A DNA stretch of 64,000 bases from Neocallimastix sp. 'constans' (lineage: Eukaryota). Below are positions 53,906 through 64,000 of the stretch, in pieces. Position numbers and translations under genes: made by a program. The first letter of the stretch is position 1. Every line of letters starts with the position of its first letter. The stretch covers positions 62,001 through 126,000 of the forward strand of contig JBODTK010000101.1 of the NCBI GenBank assembly GCA_050613775.1, written 5' to 3'. Below the pieces are notes generated by a model, which saw only the letters and a list, made by a program, of their open reading frames with translations, was not told the DNA's origin and searched no databases.

Positions 53906-55573
53906 CCTTCTTAATCAAAATTAAAAAAAAAAAAAAAAAATTTTTTAAATTATAAATATTTCATAATATTATTAAATAATTTACTAATATATATGTAAAT
54001 ATAAGTATTTAGTGAAATTAACTAAATAGCAAAATGTATCAAGAGAAAAAAAATTAATTCTATAATTTTATATAAAGAATTAAATTTGGATTATTAATAA
54101 ATTAAATTTACATAATTAGTAATTGTTAGGATTTAGGGATTATTGAAAGAATTTTTTTTTTGTTTATAAAATTTACATATCTATATATTTATATGATCAT
54201 ATATAGATATGTAAATTTTTTCTATTAATATCAGTATCAATTACAATTAAAATAATAAAAATTGCTATCAAAACAACAACAAGTGGAAATGTAGGTGTAG
54301 CAATATTTTTTTTTATGCTATTTTCACTGTATTTACGATTACAAGTAAAAGTAGTGTAATTTTTTTTTTTTTTTTTTTTTTTTCATTTCAATTAAAAAAT
54401 TATCCATTTTTTTAAAATATTAATAAACATACAGGGTTTTATGACAAATATATGTTCAAAACCATGTGTTGATATATCAATATTATCAGGAGCCTATATC
54501 AATAAGTGTCAAATTTTTTTCATTCTGTATTTGTAAGTTTTCTTGATAGAATTAAAATCAATGGAAGATACATTAATTCCAATTAGGGATAGCATTAAAA
54601 ATAGAGAGTAAGACTAAATCAGAAAAACATAAAATTTTGAAATTCACTTTTGAATATATATATTATATTTATATATTATTAATATTAGATTTAATTATAG
54701 TTATTTGATTTGTTTTAACTTATTATATATTTTTTAATTTATTTAACTAATTAAAGGATAATAATATTTAAATTATAATATAATTATTAATATTATATAA
54801 TTTATTATTATTATTATTATTATTATAATAAGGGTTATTATTTTTTTTTAATAATTAACTAAAAATTATATATTATAAATTTTATTATATAATAAATCCA
54901 CTTTATATATAGTGGATTTTTTAAAAAATAAATGAATAAATAAATAATAATAATAATAATAAAAAAATACAGAAAATTATTTATACCTAAATATTTTAAT
55001 AATAAAAATAATTTATTTCTTTTAATATAGATATTCTTATAATTTTAAATGAATATTTTATATGCAGATATATATATCCAATATATAAATGACTATATAT
55101 TTTTAAATGAATATGTTTTTAAATCAAACTTTCATATTGTTAAGACAAAAAAAAAAAAAAAAAAAAAAAAAAAAGAAAATAGACAAAAATATATATATTA
55201 CCTTTTTTATCATTTAATTTAAACACACTAATAATTTTAATCTTATTTTATTTAAAATGTTTTAAGCAGTCTAAAAATTTAAAAATTTGCTTTATTATTA
55301 TATGCTCATAATTAATATATATATTTATTATTTTCTAATTTGTATATGTTAGGTATATGTTTTAAATTAGAAGAAACATCAAAAACTTCTTCTTTACCAC
55401 AGCAAAAAGAAAATTGACAAAAATGGTTATATTTATTACTTTTTTATTCTTTATTCTTTTTTCTTTTAATTTAAAAAATATTAAAAATTCTATTTTTATT
55501 TCATTAATATATAAAATGTTTTAAATAATCCAAATAAATTAAATTAAACTTTCTTTTATTACTTAACCAAAAT

Positions 55574-55612
<39 letters not shown>

Positions 55613-58333
55613 CAAAAAAAAAAAAAAGGATAATAATATTTTTTATAATTTTATTTAAAATATCAATATTAAAATATACTAATTGATATAATAAAACTTT
55701 GAATATGTGTTTTTGATGTATATACTTTTAACTTATATGTATATATATAAAAAGTTTTTTTTTTTTTAAATTTTTATTTAACTACTGTTCAAAACAAATA
55801 ATATATATATATTTATTATAAAATAATATCTAAGAATATTAAGAAATGCTATTTTTATTGAAATATATAAATAAATTTGTAAATATTATTTTTTTTTGTC
55901 ACTCAGACATTTTTATCATCAATCACTGCCATAAAACAAATATTTCTTTAAAATAATTGGTAGGTACAATTTTATCATATAATAATCATAATAAAAATAA
56001 ATGAATTTTCTTCTTTAATATAAAAAGTAAATAATAATTTATAATTTTTCCTTTGCTTTATGAGATTTATTCTTTATAATAATTTAAGTTTTTTCTTTTG
56101 CTTTATGAAATTTATTCTTTATAATAATTTATTATTATTATTAATTTTTTTAATTATAAATAGTTATAATATTATTCTGTATAATTTTTGTGAAAAGTAA
56201 ATCTTGTTATATTATTTCATATTTTTTTTTTTTTTTTTTTTTTTAAAAAAATATTAACCAATAATTTATTAGTAATTATAATTAAAATTTAATTAATTTA
56301 ATATAGTACAAAAAATAATTAAAAATGGTAAAAATGAAATGTTACATTTAACAAAAATTAAAGTTTCTTTTTTAATAATTTAAAATCTTTTATAAATCAA
56401 AAAAAAAAAAAAAAACAAAAAACAAAAAACAAAAAAACTATTAAAATTTAATATAAATATATGGATGATAATTTTTATCTTAAAATTTTTATTTATTATT
56501 TATTACATTATTTATATAATATTATATGACATAAAATAAAATAAAATAGTATTGAAATTTTTTAATGATGGAACTTTTTTAAATTGGTAACAAAAATTTA
56601 TTTTATAATAAAAAAAAAAAAAAAGGAAAAACCTTTTTTTTTTTTTTTTTTTTTTTATAACAATTATGATTTGTACATGAATATATTAATTTTAGTGTTT
56701 TGTTATATATATAAATATATATATTTATTTGATATATCTTCTATATCTAAATCTTATAAAATAATAAATTTTAAAATTTTCTTTATTATTTTTTTTTTAT
56801 TTGATATGGAAATTTATCAAATATTATTATTGTTAGATAATATTCTTTAATAAAATTGGAGATCTTAATTATATATATACTATATATTTTACTGATTTAT
56901 AAAATTATTATGTTTATATTTATTTATTTATATTTATTTATTTATATTTATTTATTTAATAATATTTATAAAAAAAATGTAAATAATAAATTAAATCAGT
57001 TTTAATATATAAAATATATATTAATTTTTTAAAATTTGATATTTACTATTATATAATAATAATGAAGCAAGAAGAAAAATAAAATAAAAAATCAGTTGAT
57101 TATTTTTTTTTTACTAAAGTACGTTTCTTTCATATATCTATACTAAAACAATGAAAGAACTGCTTATTAATAGATTTTTTATAATACAATATATTCATTA
57201 TATTGTATTATAAATAAATAAAAATAATCATTTACTAGCATGAGTAGTGAATGATTATTTATATATTAATATAATTAATACTATCATATAATAATTTTTA
57301 AATATAATATAATTAGTTTAAAATAATATATTATACTAAAATAGAATTTAATAAATTAAATAATATAATGTAATAAATATTGAATTTATTTTATAATAAG
57401 CCTTAAGAAAAAAAAGATAAAAAAAAATATTATATTAAAAATATATTTAATTTTATAATCATTATTATTTGATATTTCTTTTTTATTGCTAAATTATTAT
57501 TATTTTAATAAAAAACATATAGAAATTGATAAAAGAAAAAAGGAAAAAGAATATTTTTGATAGGTTTAACTGTATTTTTTGTTTAGCCAAAAATCTTAAA
57601 ATCGAATAAAACTTTTAATTATAATAAACTTTTTTTTTTTTTTTTTTATTAAATTAATTTCATATTTTTTTATATTAATAAAATAAATTGTTCCAAAAAA
57701 AAAAAAAAAATTTTTTTAAAAAATTTTTGAACTAAACCTTATTAATTAAACTTTTGTGCTACTTTCAAAAATTTAATTATATATTATAAATTTTTTATAT
57801 AATTTTTAATTTTTACAGAATAATTTAAATTATTAAAATTTTTAAAAATAATTAATTTTATTTTAATATCATCCATGATGGGATTAAGATTTAATTTTAA
57901 ATTTTTTATTGTTAATACTATTAAGAATAAATGATTGTAAATTCTATATCCGTTATCTTTAATATTACTTCAATACATAGAGTATACTTTATATAATTTC
58001 TTTAAATGCCATTTACAATTTATTCAATAGGTAGTAATAATAGCTTGATAACGTTAATTTTCTATATTAATTATGGATGAAAAAATATATAAATAGTTTT
58101 CATAAGTACAACAGTGTTTATTCCTCAAAAAATTTAAAATAAAATATTAATTAAAATTAAAATAAAATAAACAAAATTCATAAATTATATAATAATATTA
58201 ATAATTATTTAAATAATATTATTCATTAAATAAATAAATTAAAAAACTATAAATAAATTAGAGCAAAACAAAATTTATAATATAATCATATATTAATAAA
58301 TATATTATTAAAAGTGGATTTCAAAACTTTATG

Positions 58334-58379
<46 letters not shown>

Positions 58380-58504
58380 ATTTAGCTTTCCTTTTTGTTG
58401 TTAATACTGCTCATGTTGGAAATAATAATTTTTCCATTGAATCTTTAGAGAAGGCTTGTTATTATTTTTATTAAAGTATTAATAATTTCAGCTTGTTATT
58501 ATAA

Positions 58505-58529
58505 TAAATATAAAGTACAGATTGAATAA

Positions 58530-58560
<31 letters not shown>

Positions 58561-58625
58561 CTAAACTAAAATAAAATAAACTAAAATAAATAAATAGTAG
58601 AATATTAAATAAAAAATACAGATTG

Positions 58626-58657
<32 letters not shown>

Positions 58658-58748
58658 TAAACTAAACTAAAATAACCTTAAATAAATAGTAGAATATTAA
58701 ATGAAAAGTACAGATTGAATAAAATAAAATAAAATAAAATAAAATAAA
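58505..58748. repeat. Three diverged copies of the AAGTACAGATTGAATAA core separated by (AAACT)n/(AAAAT)n
   Basis: TACAGATTGAATAA near 58516, 58617 and 58709; same core as the 44-45 kb array. Confidence 0.9.
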
Positions 58749-59268
58749 TAGTGAAGTAGTATAAAATATTAAAGTATTAATAAAAATAAAATAAAATAAA
58801 TAGTGAAGTAGTATAAAATATTAAAGTATTAATAAAAATAAAATAAAATAAATAGTGAAGTAGTATAAAATATTAAAGTATTAATAAAAATAAACTAAAA
58901 TAAATAGTGAAGTAGTATAAAATATTAAAATATTAATAAAAATAAAATAAAATAAATAGTGAAGTAGTATAAAATATTAAAATATTAATAAAAATAAAAT
59001 AAAATTAATAGTGAAGTAGTATAAAATATTAAAGTATTAATAAAAATAAAATAAAATAAATAGTGAAGTAGTATAAAATATTAAAGTATTAATAAAAATA
59101 AAATAAAATAAATAGTGAAGTAGTATAAAATATTAAAATATTAATAAAAATAAAATAAAATAAATAGTGAAGTAGTATAAAATATTAAAGTATTAATAAA
59201 AATAAAATAAAATAAATAGTGAAGTAGTATAAAATATTGAAGTATTAATAAAAATAAAATAAAATAAA
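58749..59268. repeat. 52-bp minisatellite, 10 copies (TAGTGAAGTAGTATAAAATATTAAAGTATTAATAAAAATAAAATAAAATAAA)
   Basis: Units start at 58749, 58801, 58853 ... 59217 with few substitutions. Confidence 0.96.
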
Positions 59269-60328
59269 CCTATTTAAAGTTTAGTGTAATCCATTTGAAT
59301 TTGAGATTTGAATTAACAATAAAAAGTTGTCATTTGTCTTTTAAAAGATGTACAAATATTATTAAATTATATTTTATATTTTATTGTTCATTTTATAAAA
59401 ATGAATATTATGCTTTAAGTTATTTAACAAAAAATAAAAATTAATACTTTCCAAAAATATTTTAGTTTATTTTCACTCGTAAATAAGTATTATGCAAATG
59501 TAATATATAATGTTAAACTAGTTTTTATAACTTTAAAAATAAATATTTTAATAAAAAAATATTAGAATTTTTTATTTAATATCATCCTAAATGTATGACT
59601 TTACTCATAATTTAAAATTAAAAATATTTTTCTTTAATCATGCGCCACACTATATATATACGCTACTACAATAAAATAAATGGACATAATAAATTATTTC
59701 AACCATTAGTATTTTTACATTTTTTCTTTATGTCCAAAAAATATATAAGATAAATACTATAATAATATAATAATAAATAATATTTCAAAGAATTAGAAAT
59801 TAGAAATATCTTATTTCTCTTTTTTCTAACTTTACTTCTCAATAAAAAGATCAATTCTTATAAGAAGTTTACATATTAGAAATAGATAAAACTATAAATC
59901 AATCCTTAAAGAATATTACTACTACTCTAATAGAGAGAAATTAAATATTGAATAAAGCTAATTTTAAATTAATATAATTAAAAATCCTTTGATATCCAGG
60001 TAGACATTAATCTATTGCTAATATATTTAACATATAATATTAATAGTATTATTTAATGTTTTATCCAAATTGCATTTATCGTATAATGTGTAATAAAGAT
60101 ATATAATAAATATATTACAATATTCAAAAAAAAAAAAAAAAAAAAAAAAGAAAAGCATTACAGCTTTTAAAATTTTAAAAAGAGATTCAATTTTCAATTA
60201 ATTTATAATATAGATTATAAAAGATTATAATTAATTGTTATTTATTATTGAAAAATATTTATATATTATTAATAAATAAACAAAAAAAAAATTGCGGATA
60301 TAAAAAAAAAAAAAAAAAAAAAAAAATA

Positions 60329-63300
60329 ATGAGTAGTTTTGATAGAAAAATAGGTCAATTAAAAACATTTATAGAACAAAAAGACTATGAAAATATAATT
60401 TCATTTATTAATCATTACACTGAAGCTATAAATGAACCATGCTATGAAGGAAAAACTCTTTTACAATTATTAATCGAAAATAGGATTGATAATGAAGAAA
60501 TATATAATGAATTATATATAAAGAAGGCAATATTTGAAATAAGCGATTTTTCTGATAATAAAAATGATCTTTTTTATAATAATATTGGTTTAATTAAATC
60601 AATAATTAATCATGGTTTTTATATAATAGATGTAAGAAAAAAAAAACAATTTATTAAACATATTGATAAACCGTTATTTTTTTTTATCAAAAAAGGTAAC
60701 AATGATATGGTTAAAAAACTTTTAGAGAATGGTGCTAATATAGAAGACGTTGATGAAAAAACTGGTTTCACACCTTTTTTTTATACAATTAAATGTTCCA
60801 AATTTGATACATTTCGATTATTATTAAATGATTATCATAATAATTTAACCACTGAAGAAAAACAAAACTTATTAATGTATATGAGGGGTAAATTTTTAAG
60901 GACTCGTACAAGAAACAGAAAACTCGAAACAAAAAAAAGTGAAGTGTTTCAATGTTTTGCTGATATGGATAATATTATTAATAATTGTGAAACAACTGAA
61001 TTAAATAATGAAAATCTTGAAAATGGAAAAAAAGAAAAAAAAGATGTAACTTACCAATTAATAACAGCAATTGATCAAAAAGATTGTGAAAAGATAATAA
61101 ATATTCTTAGTCAATCGAATAATATTGATACAAAAACATTTTTTAATGATTTAGATTTAACAATGGATATGGCAATGAAGAATAGTATCAATAATAAAGA
61201 ATTATATGATTTTATCATTAAAAAGGGAGCCATAATTAATTCATACTTTTTTAAGAAAAGAAAAGGGAAAAATGACTTTTCAAAATATATTGAAAATAAT
61301 AGTGGATTAATAAAGTCTATTATTGAAAATGGATTTTATATTTTTGTTATTGATGATCATAGAAATGAAGAAAAGAGGTATATTAGTGATCCATTAAAAT
61401 TTTTTAAAGAAAAAAACTTGGATGAAATTGTTAAAGTTCTTTTAGATAATAAAGCGTCTCTTTTTGAAATAGATAATGATATTCAAGTTAGAAACAAACC
61501 GTTTATTAATAAATTAAATGACCCTTCAAAAATGGATAAAAATATTGAAAATAAATTATTAGAATGTATTGACCATAAGAATTATAAAGAAATTATTAAT
61601 ATTTTTTATCAATCTGGTATTGATGATATTAATAAATTATATAGTGATAAAAGGACAGTAATGGATATTTTATTAGACAAAAAAATTGATAACAAAGAAG
61701 TATTTGATTTTATTATTAAACATAAAGGTTTTATTAATAATTATTATTTAAATAGTAATCGTTGTGAACTTATTGAAAGTAATATTGGATTAATCAGATC
61801 TATTATTGAAAATGGATTTTATATTAAAAAGTTTAACAAAGAAATAATCCATATTAATACGCCATTAATTTTCTTTATAGAAAAAAAATTGAATGGAATG
61901 GTTAAAGTTCTTTTAAGAAACAAAGCCTATATTGAAGAAACTGATGAAAATGGTGAGACACCCTTATTTCAAACAATAAAAAGTGAAAATTATGAGATTT
62001 TCGAATTATTATTACATCAATATCAAGCTGATATTACTAAAATAAATAAAAAAAATCAAACATTATTAATGCTTGCTATTAATTGTAGTAAAGTTAAAAT
62101 CAATCCATTTATTATTGAATTGAAAAAACAAGAATGGGAAAATGCATTAGAAATGAGGTCAGAGTTTTTTACTACTGATAATATAAATAGTATGAATGCT
62201 ATCATGAAAAATGAAGATCCATTAGCATTAGCAATACGAAAAAATGATTATGAAAAAATTATGATAATTATTAATCAATTTACTAGTGCTACTATAAATA
62301 ATTTGTATGCTGATGGGAAAACAATTATGAGTATCATGATTGAATTTATTGTTAATTCAAAAGATATCTATGATCTGTTGTTTGAAAAAGGCGCCTACAT
62401 TGATAGATTTTTTTTAAAATTTGAAAATCTTAAATTAATAAATAAAAACAATGGATTAATGGAATCTATGGTCCAGAATGGCTTTTATACTAATATTTTT
62501 GGTTATAAAATTTCCTTTATAGATACACCACTTATATTCTTCACCAAACTTGGTAAAATAGATTTAATTCAAAATTTATTAAAAAACGGTTCTTCCCCTA
62601 ATGAAGTAGATGCTTATGGATTAACACCAATATTTTATGCTATTGATCATCAAAATGTTCGTATCGTTAAATTATTGCATAATAGAGAAGCGGACATGTC
62701 AAAAAAAAATCACTTAAATGAGACGCCATTAGAGTATGCAAAAAAATTATCAAAAAGATCAAGATACAAAAATGATAGAATGAATGAAATATTATCTTTT
62801 TTAGAAGAACAAATTTCAAATAATTTCGAAAGATTAATTTATATAAAAAGACAATTAATAAGTGCTATTCATCAAAAAGATTCGAATGAAATTATAAATA
62901 TTCTTGAACAATCCAATATTGATATTAATTATAAATTTAATAAGAGATATTCGGTAATGGATATGATTATAGATAATAGGATTAACGATAAAAAGGTATT
63001 TGATTTTCTTATTAAAAAGCAAAGTAGTATTAATGATTTAGAGGATCGTAGTGAACTCATTAAAAATAATTTGGGATTGATTCAATCTATTATTAAATAT
63101 GGATGCTATGTCAGTCATAGTAAAGGTGAAGTAATATATATCAATAATCCATTAATGTTCTTTATAGGAAAAAAAATGAATGGAATTGTTAAAGTTCTTT
63201 TAGAAAATAAAGCTTCGTTAGAAGAAGTGGATGATAATGGTAATACCCCACTATTCCAGGCTATTAAGAAAAAAAATTATGAAATTTTTGATTTATTGAT

Positions 63301-64000
63301 CCATCAATATCCTATTGATATTACTAAAAGAAATAAAAATGATAAAACTCCCTTAATGTATGCCATTTTTCATGGAGAAAAAAAATTTGATCCATTTGCT
63401 ATTGAATTAAAAAGAATAGAAAAAATAGGTAAGGATACTACAATTGATACTGGTACAGATGGTCTCATGATAAAAAACGATCCATTAGAAATAGCCATAT
63501 ACCAGAACAATGATAAAAAAATTATGTCTATCATCAACCAATATACTACAGATGATATTAATGAGCCTAATATTTTTGGAAAACCGATTATGAGTATATT
63601 AATTGAGAATAATGTAGGCTCGAAAGCTATTTATGATTTATTATTTGATAAAAAAGCTTCTATTGATGAAAATCTTTTCAAAAGTAATGATTCCTATTTA
63701 ATTAGTAGAAATAATGGATTAATTGAATCGATAGCTTCTAATGGATTTTATGTTACAAATGATCAAAATATTATAACCTGTATTACTGAACCGGTGATAT
63801 TTTTCACTAAAATTGGAAATAAAGCTATTGTTAAAAAATTATTAGATAAGAAGTGTTCGCCGAATGAAATGGATTCATTTGGGTTTACCCCTATTTTTTA
63901 TGCTATCAGCTATCAAAAGATTGAAGTATTTGATTTGCTACTTGAATATGAAGCTGACCTTGCTATAAAAACAAATCGTCTCAATCTAACCCCGTTGACC
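60329..64000 (+). CDS. Large ankyrin-repeat protein (at least 1224 aa, 3'-partial), intronless in this window
   Basis: ATG at 60329 after an A-run (MSSFDRKIGQLK..); manual translation found no stop to the window end. Ankyrin motifs include VKKLLENGANIEDVDEKTGFTPFFY, DENGETPLFQTI, DAYGLTPIFYAI, DDNGNTPLFQAI, DSFGFTPIFYAI. Confidence 0.93.
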   Translation, partial: MSSFDRKIGQLKTFIEQKDYENIISFINHYTEAINEPCYEGKTLLQLLIENRIDNEEIYNELYIKKAIFEISDFSDNKNDLFYNNIGLIKSIINHGFYIIDVRKKKQFIKHIDKPLFFFIKKGNNDMVKKLLENGANIEDVDEKTGFTPFFYTIKCSKFDTFRLLLNDYHNNLTTEEKQNLLMYMRGKFLRTRTRNRKLETKKSEVFQCFADMDNIINNCETTELNNENLENGKKEKKDVTYQLITAIDQKDCEKIINILSQSNNIDTKTFFNDLDLTMDMAMKNSINNKELYDFIIKKGAIINSYFFKKRKGKNDFSKYIENNSGLIKSIIENGFYIFVIDDHRNEEKRYISDPLKFFKEKNLDEIVKVLLDNKASLFEIDNDIQVRNKPFINKLNDPSKMDKNIENKLLECIDHKNYKEIINIFYQSGIDDINKLYSDKRTVMDILLDKKIDNKEVFDFIIKHKGFINNYYLNSNRCELIESNIGLIRSIIENGFYIKKFNKEIIHINTPLIFFIEKKLNGMVKVLLRNKAYIEETDENGETPLFQTIKSENYEIFELLLHQYQADITKINKKNQTLLMLAINCSKVKINPFIIELKKQEWENALEMRSEFFTTDNINSMNAIMKNEDPLALAIRKNDYEKIMIIINQFTSATINNLYADGKTIMSIMIEFIVNSKDIYDLLFEKGAYIDRFFLKFENLKLINKNNGLMESMVQNGFYTNIFGYKISFIDTPLIFFTKLGKIDLIQNLLKNGSSPNEVDAYGLTPIFYAIDHQNVRIVKLLHNREADMSKKNHLNETPLEYAKKLSKRSRYKNDRMNEILSFLEEQISNNFERLIYIKRQLISAIHQKDSNEIINILEQSNIDINYKFNKRYSVMDMIIDNRINDKKVFDFLIKKQSSINDLEDRSELIKNNLGLIQSIIKYGCYVSHSKGEVIYINNPLMFFIGKKMNGIVKVLLENKASLEEVDDNGNTPLFQAIKKKNYEIFDLLIHQYPIDITKRNKNDKTPLMYAIFHGEKKFDPFAIELKRIEKIGKDTTIDTGTDGLMIKNDPLEIAIYQNNDKKIMSIINQYTTDDINEPNIFGKPIMSILIENNVGSKAIYDLLFDKKASIDENLFKSNDSYLISRNNGLIESIASNGFYVTNDQNIITCITEPVIFFTKIGNKAIVKKLLDKKCSPNEMDSFGFTPIFYAISYQKIEVFDLLLEYEADLAIKTNRLNLTPLT

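Noticed and set aside
52112..56850. ORFs 52112..52312, 52560..52880 and 56584..56850
   Set aside because: Antisense to a real gene or low-complexity translations.

Overview
Extremely AT-rich eukaryotic DNA with long poly(A)/poly(T) runs and (AAT)n and (AAAAT)n microsatellites. Composition, the GT-AG intron and gene content best fit an anaerobic gut fungus (Neocallimastigomycota); this is inference. 1-9.5 kb is a nest of same-orientation (minus-strand) non-LTR retrotransposons. Its centre is an intact ~4.95 kb single-ORF APE-RT-CCHC element (4143-9089) with a 44-nt poly(A) tail and an exact 14-bp TSD, inserted into an older related LINE that also carries two tiny TSD-flanked retrocopies of its own 3' end. 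A spliced forkhead transcription factor gene (10731-12527, -) is followed by ~33 kb with no detectable gene, several minisatellites, and an array of a constant 31-bp core separated by variable (AAAAT)n spacers (43.8-45.5 kb); the same core recurs at 29, 42.7 and 58.5 kb. A decayed LINE copy with an internal inversion lies at 46-50 kb. Then come a secreted protein with two 6-Cys domains (51716-52405, -) and a >1220-aa intronless ankyrin super-repeat ORF that runs off the window (60329-64000, +) and is absent from the ORF track. All coordinates and alignments were read by eye.
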